DNA of 32,000 nucleotides from Vibrio alginolyticus NBRC 15630 = ATCC 17749 (GCF_000354175.2 NC_022349.1:3150001-3182000), one strand, 5' to 3'. Positions 1 to 9,352 are shown, counted from the stretch's first letter. Numbers and translations: made by a program. Notes: generated from the sequence alone by a model not told the origin.

Positions 1-404
1 TTTTCGTTAAAGGCGTAAACGGTGTAGCTGTCTTTTTTGTCGCCATATTCCATACCAGGGGAGCCCATTGGCATGCCCGGTACTGATAGGCCTTTTGCGT
101 TACGTAGTGGATTTTTCAAAAACGCTTTAATGTCTTCGGCTGGAATGTGACCTTCAAACAGATAGCCGTTGATCTCTGCCGTGTGGCAAGAGTAAAGCTG
201 TTCATTCTTGATGCCTAGATCGCGTTTGATGGCGTTCATGTCATCGTGCAATTTTTCTTCGACCGTAAAGCCGTTCTCTTCCATGTGTTTTGTCCATTCT
301 CCACAACAGCCACAGTATGGCGATTTATGGTTAATGACATCGGCTGCCAATACGTTGGCGGACACGGTCGCAAGCATTGCAAAGGTCAATAGTTTCAACT
401 TCAT
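1..404 (-). CDS. copG: DUF411 periplasmic copper-resistance protein (CopG-like); its 3' end is cut by the window edge
   Basis: My own translation of the minus strand from the ATG at 404 gives MKLKLLTFAMLATVSANVLAADVINHKSPYCGCCGEWTKHMEENGF...SCHTAEINGYLFEGHIP...GMPMGSPGMEYG. It has a signal peptide plus the CGCC, SCH and GSPGME motifs typical of DUF411. A GAGGG SD lies upstream, and the gene starts 21 nt after the copA stop, so it looks like an operon. Confidence 0.8.
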   Translation of the reverse strand, partial: MKLKLLTFAMLATVSANVLAADVINHKSPYCGCCGEWTKHMEENGFTVEEKLHDDMNAIKRDLGIKNEQLYSCHTAEINGYLFEGHIPAEDIKAFLKNPLRNAKGLSVPGMPMGSPGMEYGDKKDSYTVYAFNE

Positions 405-425
405 AATACCCTCAAAAAGAAGTGG

Positions 426-3122
426 TTATTTTACTGAAAACAGTCGTAGTCGATTTGCATTACTAACGACAGTAATTGAAGACAGTGCCATTGCCGCTCC
501 TGCGACAACAGGACTGAGCAAAAATCCAAACGCTGGGTAAAGCACGCCAGCGGCAACTGGAATACCCAACGAGTTGTAAACAAAGGCACCAAATAGGTTT
601 TGCTTCATGTTTTTAAGTGTAGCGCGAGAGAGTTCAATCGCATGTACTACCGCCATTGGTGACGTGTTCAGGATGGTCATTTGCGAACTTTCAATGGCGA
701 CATCACTGCCGCTACCCATGGCAATACCTAGGTTGGATAACGCGAGAGCAGGGGCGTCGTTAATGCCATCCCCCACCATTGCCACGACATGTCCTTGAGA
801 TTGAAGTTGCTCAATGTGCTGAGCTTTCTCATCTGGCATTACTTGGGCAATCACTTCATCAATACCAAGTTCTTGGCCGATAGCATTGGCAACGTGTTGG
901 TTATCGCCCGTCAGCATTACCGTTTTGATGCCTTGCGATTTTAATGCAGAGAGCGCTTGCTTCGCATCTGATTTGATCGGGTCGGCAATGGCGATCAGAC
1001 CGATCAGTTCGCCGTTCAATGCCACAGCTACCGGAGTCCACGCATTTTTTGCGCATTCATCGATGGCAGGTTTTAGTGCGCTGGTCTCGACGTTCTCTGC
1101 TTGCATAAATTGAAGCGAACCAATGAGCAGCGGTTTATCTTGATACGTCGCCAAAATGCCGCGTCCGCGAACGTTCTCAAACTTGTCTAATGAGACGTCT
1201 TTTGCGTCGTGTCGTTTGGCGTAATCACATACCGCTTTTGCCAGTGGGTGCTCAGACTGACGCTCTGCCGCATACGCTAAAGCCAATAGATCTTCTTGGC
1301 TGGTGGCGTGAGTAAACACTTGCTGAACGCTAGGTTTACCTTGGGTAAGTGTGCCAGTTTTGTCGAACACAACCGTGTCGACTTTGCTTGCCAATTGCAG
1401 GGCGTCGGCGTCTTTGATCAGAATGCCGAGCTCTGCGGCTTTACCCACTCCCACCGTGACAGAAAGTGGGGTTGCTAAGCCTAGGGCGCAAGGGCAGGCG
1501 ATGATCAGGACGGTTGTGGTGACCACCAGCATATAACTCGCTTTTGGCTCTGGGCCAACGGCAAACCAAACGAGCGCGGCCAGTATTGCTATACCAACAA
1601 CGACAGGGACAAACACCGATGAAATCTGGTCTGCCAGTTTCGCGATGGCTGGCTTACTGCTTTGCGCTGTGCGCACCATGCGGATGATACGAGCCAGCAT
1701 GGTATTTGCGCCAATGCCCGTTGCCTCAATGACTAATCCACCATCGGTGTTTAATGTCCCGGCAGACACTTGAGCCTCTTGCGCTTTTAATACTGGTACT
1801 GGTTCACCAGTGAGCATCGACTCATCAATGTATGATTCACCTTGAATCACAACACCATCAACAGGCACTTTCTCGCCTGGTTTGATACGCAGTTTCATGC
1901 CTAACGTGATTTGCTCAACCGCGATTTGTTGGTCGCCTTGTTCCGTAATTACCGTAGCTTGCTGAGGTTGCAGGTTAATCAACGCTTGTAAGGAACGTGT
2001 TGTGTTTGCTTTGGCTTTTGCTTCTATATAGTGCCCAAGAGAAATTAAGCCGATGATCATTGCACTCGCTTCAAAGTACACGTGGCGTGAAGCAAGAGGG
2101 AACCAGTCTGGGAAAATCACCACAAGCATCGAATAGAACCACGCTGCGCCAGTACCGAGCGCGACTAACGTGTCCATGGTGGCGCGCTTGTGAGTAGCTG
2201 CTAACCAAGCGTTACTGAAGAAGTGTTTCCCTGCTGTGGCAAGAAGGAGTAAACATACGATACCGATCGCGCCCCAAGCTAATTGGTCGTTGGTGTTGCG
2301 AATCATCATATTGCCGCCAGCTACGCCCCAAATCATTAAAGGGGCACCGACGACAAGGCCAGCAATAGCATCCAGTTTAAAGCGTTTTTGTTGCTGACGT
2401 TGTTGCTGTGCTTGCTTTTCTTGCTGGGTTGCGGCGTCTTGTAGGATCTCTGCTTGGTAACCGGCTTGTTTTACCGATTCAACAATTGCGTTAAGGAGGT
2501 CATCAGAGTCTTGGCTTGCGAATACTAGTGCGCTTTGTTCTGCAAGGTTGACCTGTGCTTTCTCAACGCCTTCTACGTTAGTAAGTGCTTTCTCTACTGA
2601 AGATACGCAACTCGCACACGTCATGCCTTGAATCAGCATTTGCAATTGAATACTCGCTGGTGGCACCTGCGTATCTTTAATATTGCTTTGCTTTTCTACC
2701 GGCTCGGTCTCTGGTGAGCTTTCGTTCTCTACTTCAACAGAATCAAGGTTGGCGGTATAGCCGAGTGTTGCTATTAAGTCGATCACTTGTTGCTCGGAGA
2801 GGAGGGTACGAATCTCTAAGTGCGTTGTTGAAGCCTCAAAAGAAATAACGTCTTGATTAGATTCTAATAAAGATGAAAGTTTTTTGACGCAACCGCCACA
2901 GCTTAAGCCTGAAAGGTTTAGTTCGTAGTGATTTCCTGCTTGGTAACCAAGAGATTCAATCGACGAGACGAGCTCTTTAAGAGAAGACTCGGTTTTGACC
3001 TCTACTTGCGTCGGGGACAAATTGAGGATCTCCACATCGTGATTCGCATGTAAAGCATTCTCAACTTTTCTCGCACAGCCCATGCAGTTGAGCCCTGATA
3101 AAGGTATAACTAACTGATACAT
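426..3122 (-). CDS. copA: Cu(I)-translocating P1B-type ATPase CopA with three N-terminal heavy-metal-associated domains
   Basis: There are three CxxC HMA motifs (GLNCMGCARK, GLSCGGCVKK, GMTCASCVSS). The CPC transmembrane motif (ACPCALGLATP), DKTGTLT phosphorylation site and GDGINDAP hinge are all present. I prefer the ATG at 3122 (GAGG 8 nt upstream) over the GTG at 3131 in the ORF track. Confidence 0.95.
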   Translation of the reverse strand: MYQLVIPLSGLNCMGCARKVENALHANHDVEILNLSPTQVEVKTESSLKELVSSIESLGYQAGNHYELNLSGLSCGGCVKKLSSLLESNQDVISFEASTTHLEIRTLLSEQQVIDLIATLGYTANLDSVEVENESSPETEPVEKQSNIKDTQVPPASIQLQMLIQGMTCASCVSSVEKALTNVEGVEKAQVNLAEQSALVFASQDSDDLLNAIVESVKQAGYQAEILQDAATQQEKQAQQQRQQQKRFKLDAIAGLVVGAPLMIWGVAGGNMMIRNTNDQLAWGAIGIVCLLLLATAGKHFFSNAWLAATHKRATMDTLVALGTGAAWFYSMLVVIFPDWFPLASRHVYFEASAMIIGLISLGHYIEAKAKANTTRSLQALINLQPQQATVITEQGDQQIAVEQITLGMKLRIKPGEKVPVDGVVIQGESYIDESMLTGEPVPVLKAQEAQVSAGTLNTDGGLVIEATGIGANTMLARIIRMVRTAQSSKPAIAKLADQISSVFVPVVVGIAILAALVWFAVGPEPKASYMLVVTTTVLIIACPCALGLATPLSVTVGVGKAAELGILIKDADALQLASKVDTVVFDKTGTLTQGKPSVQQVFTHATSQEDLLALAYAAERQSEHPLAKAVCDYAKRHDAKDVSLDKFENVRGRGILATYQDKPLLIGSLQFMQAENVETSALKPAIDECAKNAWTPVAVALNGELIGLIAIADPIKSDAKQALSALKSQGIKTVMLTGDNQHVANAIGQELGIDEVIAQVMPDEKAQHIEQLQSQGHVVAMVGDGINDAPALALSNLGIAMGSGSDVAIESSQMTILNTSPMAVVHAIELSRATLKNMKQNLFGAFVYNSLGIPVAAGVLYPAFGFLLSPVVAGAAMALSSITVVSNANRLRLFSVK

Positions 3123-3154
3123 AATCTGCACCTCAATAGTAGTGATGCTATGAG

Positions 3155-3183
3155 CTTAAACCTTCCTGCAAGGGTAAGGTCAA
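3155..3183 (-). promoter_or_regulatory. CueR (MerR-family) dependent copA promoter: -35 TTGACC, 19-bp spacer containing the dyad, -10 TAAGCT
   Basis: The minus strand reads TTGACCTTACCCTTGCAGGAAGGTTTAAGCT. As I recall it, E. coli PcopA is TTGACCTTCCCCTTGCTGGAAGGTTTAACCT. It has the ACCTT..AAGGT dyad and the over-long 19-bp spacer typical of MerR-type promoters, and sits about 30 nt upstream of the copA start. Confidence 0.8.
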
Positions 3184-3597
3184 TACCCATTTGCTACTCA
3201 CAACAATTTCGTCAAAATCTCTCGAATCCCACAAGTGCACGGTCATTTTACTTGCGAGTGATCTCAAGGTTTTTTCTCTTTGAATATAAAGTTCCGTTAA
3301 AACACCTAAAAGATGAATGAAGTCGCTCACGTTTTTTAGATGCTCTCAATGTCAGTTCAGTGTCAAAACGTACTTTTAACGTTTTTATTTTTATATTTGA
3401 TGTTAACTAATTGTTTTTATTGATTTATTTTATTTTTGATCTTCTCATTTTGAAGTCGCTCAGATTGCTGTAGGGAAAGTTTTTTAGTGCGAAAAAAGTT
3501 TGTCATATTTGCCCCGTCCAAACACTGTTTCAAGTTCCTGCCATGTCCTAGTTAGTGAATTTGAAAATGGAAAAAACTAAAAATATAGGGGTTTATA

Positions 3598-4719
3598 ATG
3601 TCTTACCTAAAGAAAAGCCTACTTGCCACGGCAATTACCGGCATGATGTTCAGTGGTGTTGCATTTGCTGATGGTGCAAACAGTGACGCAGCAAAAGAGT
3701 TTCTAACCAAAGATTCATTTTCTTATGAAGTTTACGGGATCATCGCGATGCAGGCCGCGTACCGCGATTACGATTCTGGCAGCAAAGCAACGGACGATGA
3801 CTTGGGTGGCATGCAGCTAAACAACGAATCTCGTATCGGTTTCCGTGGTAAGAAACAATTTGCTAACTTCGACCCTACTTTTATTTGGCAAATCGAAGGC
3901 GGTTATGTAGACCCTAGCTTTGGTGGCGAGGGCGCAGGTCTTGGTGAACGTGACACATTCGTCGGTTTTGAAAGTGCATCTTGGGGGCAAATTCGCCTGG
4001 GTCGCGTTTTGACACCTATGTACGAATTGGTTGACTGGCCAGCATCTAACCCTGGCCTGGGCGATGTATACGACTGGGGTGGTGCTATTGGTGGCGCCAA
4101 GTACCAAGACCGTCAATCAAACACTATCCGCTGGGACTCTCCAATGTTTGCTGACAAATTCTCCCTAGATATCGCAGCTGGTGCAGGTGATAAAGCAGGT
4201 CTAGGTGAAGGGGATGACTACTGGGGTGGTATCGCTGCACACTACAAAATTGGTCCTATCCAGTTAGATGCGGCATATGAAGGTAACCGTAATATCAAGA
4301 TGGAAAGCCAAACGTGGGAAAACAACACGTACTTGGTAGGGGCACAAGGCTGGTTTGATAACGGAATCTCTTTCTTCGCGCAATACAAATACATGGAGGC
4401 GGACGCAAGCAATGGTGTGAGTGAAAAGCAAGATGCAATGTCTGCCGCTATCATGTACACCACGGGTGATTGGCAATACAAACTGGCTTACGCCGCTAAC
4501 TTTGATCTAGAGCGTGATGGTAAGAAAATTAACGATACAGCGGATGATGTGTTATCAGCACAAGTTATGTATTTCGTAGACCCATCGGCAGTGCTGTACG
4601 TACGTGCTCGTACTCTAGACTTTGGCGACGGTGCGTCTCAATTAGATAAACCAACAGAAGCACGTTGGAAGTCTGCTGACTACGACGAGTTCTCTGTAGG
4701 TGTTGAATACTACTTCTAA
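3598..4719 (+). CDS. chiP: Chitoporin (chitooligosaccharide-specific outer-membrane porin, ChiP)
   Basis: The signal peptide ends ..GVAFA. The mature N-terminus DGANSDAAK matches the N-plug I recall from Vibrio chitoporin VhChiP. It shows a beta-barrel alternating pattern and a C-terminal ..VGVEYYF with terminal aromatic residue. An AGGGG SD is present. Confidence 0.85.
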   Translation: MSYLKKSLLATAITGMMFSGVAFADGANSDAAKEFLTKDSFSYEVYGIIAMQAAYRDYDSGSKATDDDLGGMQLNNESRIGFRGKKQFANFDPTFIWQIEGGYVDPSFGGEGAGLGERDTFVGFESASWGQIRLGRVLTPMYELVDWPASNPGLGDVYDWGGAIGGAKYQDRQSNTIRWDSPMFADKFSLDIAAGAGDKAGLGEGDDYWGGIAAHYKIGPIQLDAAYEGNRNIKMESQTWENNTYLVGAQGWFDNGISFFAQYKYMEADASNGVSEKQDAMSAAIMYTTGDWQYKLAYAANFDLERDGKKINDTADDVLSAQVMYFVDPSAVLYVRARTLDFGDGASQLDKPTEARWKSADYDEFSVGVEYYF

Positions 4720-4733
4720 CTAAAGAAGCAGCT

Positions 4734-4760
4734 AAAAGGGCGGAAACGCCCTTTTTATCT
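4734..4760 (+). terminator. Intrinsic terminator after chiP
   Basis: AAAAGGGCG-gaaa-CGCCCTTTTTATCTT: a GC stem with a T-run, 15 nt after the stop. Confidence 0.8.
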
Positions 4761-4842
4761 TGATACTTATTCAAATAAGCCTTTGAAATGACTGGCCTGT
4801 AAATTTTAGAGGCTTATCTAAATTGGTATAAAGTGAGAAACC

Positions 4843-5439
4843 ATGATGAAAAAAACAACGACACTTCTCGGACTTTGCGCAATGCTTTCGGCGCCAGCTT
4901 TTGCTGCTCAACTCACTCTGCAATCTGAATTAGTTCCTCGCGTTCTCAACGGCGAGTTCGTCTACCCTGAGTGGATATCCAAGAACAACAGCATCGAGTT
5001 AAAGGATGGGGAAAACCAATTGGCGGTAACGGTTGGACAAATCGTATTTGAAGATGGAAAGCGCCGTAAATTCGATTCGCAGCCGCTGGTATTAGAGTTT
5101 GATGCAGAAAAAGACACCGAGCTTTCTCTGACTTATCAAACATTCCGTACTATTGAAGAGGCGAGAGCCTTCGAACTCGATCCTAAAGTGGTATTGAAAG
5201 ACAAAAACGGAAAAGAAGTGGCATTCTCTATGGTTCAACTTCGTAAAGGTGGTTTGCAAGGTTTTCGTGATTACGAACGAGAAGTTGCCGACTATAATAA
5301 CGCAATGAATAAAGAATCGACTAAGGCAAGCATTGCGTCTTCTCCAGCGGAAACCAAAACAATCAAAGCATCGTTTAATGAATTGAGCCGTGAAGAGCAG
5401 CAAGAATTTATGCAATGGGCAATGCGTAACCTGAAGTAA
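4843..5439 (+). CDS. DUF2057 / UPF0319 (YccT-like) periplasmic protein of unknown function
   Basis: The signal peptide ends ..SAPAFA/AQL. The overall layout and C-terminal ..EEQQEFMQWAMRNLK resemble E. coli YccT (..FLQWAEKQ..) as I recall it. Confidence 0.65.
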   Translation: MMKKTTTLLGLCAMLSAPAFAAQLTLQSELVPRVLNGEFVYPEWISKNNSIELKDGENQLAVTVGQIVFEDGKRRKFDSQPLVLEFDAEKDTELSLTYQTFRTIEEARAFELDPKVVLKDKNGKEVAFSMVQLRKGGLQGFRDYEREVADYNNAMNKESTKASIASSPAETKTIKASFNELSREEQQEFMQWAMRNLK

Positions 5440-5520
5440 TTTCGTCTCGTGCTTTAACAGTAAATAGCAGGGCTGTGCCTTTTTGGTTCTGCCCCGTTTT
5501 TATTTCTGTTGTCAAACCGA

Positions 5521-5548
5521 TTGTAGAATTGACTTACGGTGGTAAAAT
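5521..5548 (+). promoter_or_regulatory. Candidate sigma70 promoter for gltX (TTGTAG-N16-TAAAAT)
   Basis: This is a hexamer match only, about 70 nt upstream of the gltX ATG. Confidence 0.3.
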
Positions 5549-5616
5549 GTCGCCACTTTTATCCTTGACATTACAACGAGAGATCTCTCGTTGCTCATTA
5601 CCCCTAAGGAACTCAA

Positions 5617-7044
5617 ATGACGGTTAAAACTCGTTTTGCTCCTAGCCCAACTGGCTATCTACACGTTGGTGGTGCGCGTACTGCACTTTACTCTTGGCTA
5701 TACGCTAAAAACCAAGGTGGTGAATTCGTTCTACGTATCGAAGATACAGACCTTGAGCGTAACTCTCAGGAAGCGGTTGATGCAATTCTTGAAGGCATGG
5801 AATGGCTAGGCTTGGAGTGGGATGAAGGTCCTTACTACCAAACTCAACGTTTTGACCGTTACAACGAAATGGTTGATAAGCTTCTTGCTGAAGACAAAGC
5901 TTACAAATGTTACGCGTCTAAAGAGCTGCTAGATGAAATCCGTGCAGAGCAAGAAGCAAATAAAGAAATGCCTCGCTACGATGCTAACCATCCAAAAATC
6001 AAAGCAGCAAACGAAGCGGCAAAAGATGGCGATCCATGTGTTATCCGTTTCCGTAACCCGAAAGAAGGCAGCGTAGTATTTGATGATCAAATCCGTGGTC
6101 GCATTGAAATCCGCAACGATCAAATGGATGACCTAATCATTCGTCGTACTGACGGTTCACCTACTTACAACTTCTGTGTAGTAGTGGATGACTGGGACAT
6201 GGGTATCACTCACGTTGTTCGTGGCGAAGACCACATCAACAACACGCCTCGTCAAATCAACATCTACGAAGCACTAGGTGCGCCAGTACCAACATTTGCA
6301 CACTGTGCAATGATCCTGGGTGATGACGGCGCGAAACTGTCTAAACGTCACGGCGCTGTATCAGTCATGCAATACCGCGATATGGGTTACCTGCCTGCGG
6401 CACTAAACAACTACCTAGTGCGCCTTGGTTGGTCTCATGGTGACCAAGAAATCTTCTCTCAAGAAGAGATGATCAATCTATTTAGCCTAAACGCAGTATC
6501 TAAGTCAGCGTCTGCTTTTAACACTGACAAACTGCAATGGTTGAACAACCACTACATCAAGAACTCAGATCCTGCGTACGTTGCTGAGCATCTACAATGG
6601 CATCTAGATCAACAAAAACTAGACGTAACGAATGGTCCTGCTATCACTGACGTGATCAAGCTAGTGGGTGAGCGTTGCAACACGCTAGTTGAGCTAGCTG
6701 AGCAAATCCGTTACTTCTATGAAGATTTCTCTGAGTTTGAAGCGGGCGCAGCGAAGAAACATCTACGTGGCGTGGCTAAAGAGCCTCTAGAACTTGCATT
6801 AGCGAAAGTGGAAGCACTAACTGAGTGGACGACAGCGAACATCAAAGATGGCGTTATCGCAGCAGTATGTGAAGAGTTGGAAATCGGCATGGGCAAAATC
6901 GGTATGCCATTACGTGTTGCTGTAACAGGCGGCGGTCAGTCTCCTTCTGTCGATGCAGTAATGGAGCTGGTTGGAAAAGAGCGTTGTATTGCTCGCATTA
7001 AGATGGCGCTTGAGTTCATTGCTGAGCGTGAAGCAAACGCATAA
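5617..7044 (+). CDS. gltX: Glutamyl-tRNA synthetase
   Basis: It carries the class-I signature [17 protein letters not shown] (HIGH-type) and KLSKRHG (KMSKS). Length is 475 aa, and an AAGGA SD is present. Confidence 0.97.
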   Translation: MTVKTRFAPSPTGYLHVGGARTALYSWLYAKNQGGEFVLRIEDTDLERNSQEAVDAILEGMEWLGLEWDEGPYYQTQRFDRYNEMVDKLLAEDKAYKCYASKELLDEIRAEQEANKEMPRYDANHPKIKAANEAAKDGDPCVIRFRNPKEGSVVFDDQIRGRIEIRNDQMDDLIIRRTDGSPTYNFCVVVDDWDMGITHVVRGEDHINNTPRQINIYEALGAPVPTFAHCAMILGDDGAKLSKRHGAVSVMQYRDMGYLPAALNNYLVRLGWSHGDQEIFSQEEMINLFSLNAVSKSASAFNTDKLQWLNNHYIKNSDPAYVAEHLQWHLDQQKLDVTNGPAITDVIKLVGERCNTLVELAEQIRYFYEDFSEFEAGAAKKHLRGVAKEPLELALAKVEALTEWTTANIKDGVIAAVCEELEIGMGKIGMPLRVAVTGGGQSPSVDAVMELVGKERCIARIKMALEFIAEREANA

Positions 7045-7083
7045 TTGCTTTGAACTGAACGTTCTTTTGAATAAATAGTCACA

Positions 7084-7114
7084 AAGCCGCGGTGAGCAAC
7101 CGCGGCTTTTTTGT
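7084..7114 (+). terminator. Intrinsic terminator after gltX
   Basis: AAGCCGCGG-tgagcaa-CCGCGGCTTTTTTGT. Confidence 0.85.
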
Positions 7115-7684
7115 ATCTTCAATTTAGATAACGAGAAACTTTCTCTCATATTGGTGAATGAAGAGATGGTTTCACCTGTAATTTACCTCAATATGGATAA
7201 GATTTTTTAATCCAAATATCGTTGGCATGAATAAAAAACGAGCGATTATATATCAAATATCTGATTGATTTTTATCCATGTTCCTTAAAGTTCCATTTTG
7301 TTTGTCTCATTTTTAAGAAAAATCTTTGCTTTAGCTATGTTGTTCCAAAAAACAAAGCAAACGTTTGCGTCGTGATTGCGTGGGGATTTTTTTGCTTAAG
7401 ATCACATGTTGTCGAGATTTTTGATGACAATAAATTGACAGAATTGGGATTTTTCTCGCGATTTCTTAGCGTTATAGTTCATCCCGTCAGCGATACCGAG
7501 ATGGCGATATGTATCACTGAGCAGGAAATGTACGTAAGTTGCTTCCATAAAAAAAATGCATGTGCATAAAAAGAAGCTGACTAAGTATCTCACTCAAGGA
7601 ATGAATAAAAAGAATTGAAATACAATGTCAGTCAGACGGCGCATTTCGGCATCTAACAAAAGAACTTCTTTAGAGGAATCAATA

Positions 7685-8647
7685 ATGAAAAAATTAGCAG
7701 CGGTAATTTCAGCGTCTCTACTTATGGCTTCAGCAGCACAAGCAGAAGTATACGTTGGTGGTAAGATGGGTAAGTCATGGATGGAAGACGCGTGTGTAGC
7801 GGGCCAGGCTTGTGACAAAGACGATTCTACTCTTGGCGCTTTTGTTGGTTACGAAATGAATAAATACTTCGCAGTAGAAGCGGGTTTCGACAACATCGGT
7901 GATTTTAACCAAACTTCTTTCGGTGGCCACGTAGAAGCAATCACTCTTGCTCCTAAATTTAGCCTACCAATCACTGAAGACATCGCACTTTACGGTAAAG
8001 TGGGTGGCGCTTACGTAATGTTTGATGGCAAAGATGATTACTCTTACCTAGGCGCGGCTGGTCTTGAATTCAACCTAAGCCAAAACGTAACAGCTCGTGC
8101 GGAATACCAAACACTGACTGACATCAGCAACGATGTAACTCGTGCGACAGGTAACACTGCAACACTAGGTGTTTCTTTCAAATTCGGCGGCAACGATGAG
8201 CCAGTAATCGTAGAAGAGCCAGTTGTTGTTGAAGAAGTGGTTGTAGAAGAAGTGGTAGAAGAGCCAGTTGTAGTTACGAAAACATTCGAAACTCAAACAA
8301 TTGGCACAGGTAGCTTCGATCTAAACAGCACAACTCTAAAACCAGAGAGCGCTGCAAAACTTGATAACCTAGTTGCTTTCCTAAACGAGCACCCACAAGC
8401 GAACGTTGAAGTTGTAGGTTACACAGATACGTCTGGTCCAGCAGCTTACAACCTAAAGGTTTCTGAAAAACGTGCTGAGTCTGTTGCTAACGCGCTCGTT
8501 GAAAAAGGTATTGATTCATCACGTATCCAAGCTCGTGGCGAAGGTGAAAATAACCCAATCGCTTCAAACGACACTCGTGAAGGTCGTCAACAAAACCGTC
8601 GCGTAGAAATCGTTGTTCCAGAATTTGAATACCAAGTTCAGCAATAA
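7685..8647 (+). CDS. ompA: OmpA-family outer-membrane protein (N-terminal 8-strand barrel, E/V/P hinge, C-terminal OmpA peptidoglycan-binding domain)
   Basis: The start MKKLAAVISASLLMASAAQA (signal peptide) is preceded by a GAGGAA SD. The C-terminal domain has ..VVGYTDTSGPAAYNLKVSEKRAESV...NRRVEIVV. The ORF-track start at 7625 is an unsupported extension. Confidence 0.9.
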   Translation: MKKLAAVISASLLMASAAQAEVYVGGKMGKSWMEDACVAGQACDKDDSTLGAFVGYEMNKYFAVEAGFDNIGDFNQTSFGGHVEAITLAPKFSLPITEDIALYGKVGGAYVMFDGKDDYSYLGAAGLEFNLSQNVTARAEYQTLTDISNDVTRATGNTATLGVSFKFGGNDEPVIVEEPVVVEEVVVEEVVEEPVVVTKTFETQTIGTGSFDLNSTTLKPESAAKLDNLVAFLNEHPQANVEVVGYTDTSGPAAYNLKVSEKRAESVANALVEKGIDSSRIQARGEGENNPIASNDTREGRQQNRRVEIVVPEFEYQVQQ

Positions 8648-8683
8648 GCTCCTATTCGACCGTAGTATAGAAGACTGAAGCTG

Positions 8684-8719
8684 AAAGCCCCAAAGAGTTC
8701 GCTCTTTGGGGCTTTTTAT
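8684..8719 (+). terminator. Intrinsic terminator after ompA, in a convergent gap
   Basis: AAAGCCCCAAAGAG-ttcg-CTCTTTGGGGCTTTTTATTT: a 14-bp stem. Confidence 0.9.
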
Positions 8720-8761
8720 TTCTCTTTAAAAACTGACTGAAATGTTCAAAGTGGCTAGGTA

Positions 8762-9268
8762 TTACTTAAGATCAATGCTGTTTAAACGCCCCATAAATGT
8801 CAGGATCTCCAAGTTATCTTTATGTGCTTCTAACAACGCTTTTTTGGTTTGCATGTAGGCGGCAAGTTTGCCGTACTTACTAATAGAGCGAACCACCGTT
8901 TTATATTTATACTCACCGTCATCATTGAACTCTCGCCACTTGGCGATGTAACACGTATCTCGGTTGTCAGGGTTTTCAAGAGTAGGGTTAGGCTTGTGAA
9001 CGATTTTAGGCTCAACGCTATGTGGAAGCCTGGTCATTAAGTAAGGGTCTTTCAAAAGACGTCGCCAGAATTTGCCCCACATTTGCCGGCCTAACTCGTT
9101 TCTCAGCTTAATGGCTTTTTGTAAGCCTTTCTTTTCTCCAATACGAACAAATCCTACCGAGCGGTGTAGTACCGTATCCTCGGGGGTATGGATATGTATC
9201 TTAAAGGCTGTCTTGCCTTTAGAAATAAAGCGGTGTCCAGTGTTAGTTATTAAATTGCTCTTAGACAT
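8762..9268 (-). CDS. Hypothetical 168-aa protein; possibly two AP2 / integrase-arm-like DNA-binding repeats
   Basis: It is a clean monocistronic ORF between two terminators. I cannot name a family. The repeat-like segments are GHRFISKGKTAFKIHIH..HRSVGFVRIGEKKGLQKAIKLRNELGRQMWG and CYIAKWREFNDDGEYKYKTVVRSISKYGKLAAYMQTKKALLEAH. No clear SD is present. Confidence 0.6.
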   Translation of the reverse strand: MSKSNLITNTGHRFISKGKTAFKIHIHTPEDTVLHRSVGFVRIGEKKGLQKAIKLRNELGRQMWGKFWRRLLKDPYLMTRLPHSVEPKIVHKPNPTLENPDNRDTCYIAKWREFNDDGEYKYKTVVRSISKYGKLAAYMQTKKALLEAHKDNLEILTFMGRLNSIDLK

Positions 9269-9323
9269 AGTGCTAACTAATAATTTTATTAATAGCTAAA
9301 AGGGTAAGCAAAACTCATAGATA

Positions 9324-9352
9324 ATTAAAGTAATAAAATACAAAACTGTAAA
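9324..9352 (-). promoter_or_regulatory. Candidate sigma70 promoter of the 168-aa ORF (TTTACA-N17-TTTAAT)
   Basis: This is a hexamer and spacing match on the minus strand, about 55 nt upstream of the ATG at 9268. Confidence 0.35.

Noticed and set aside
208-1536. Several plus-strand ORFs (110, 63, 75, 60 and 61 aa) at the left end
   Set aside because: All are antisense to copG or copA, which are strongly supported by motifs.
3148-3330. 60-aa minus-strand ORF upstream of copA
   Set aside because: Its 3' end overlaps the CueR-type copA promoter/operator. It has no SD and no recognisable features, so it is most likely non-coding promoter DNA.
7372-7818. Three small ORFs (65 aa on +, 63 aa on -, 74 aa on -) in the ompA upstream region
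   Set aside because: They are AT-rich and mutually overlapping, and the last runs antisense into the ompA signal peptide. None has an SD. They are better explained as non-coding leader or promoter DNA.
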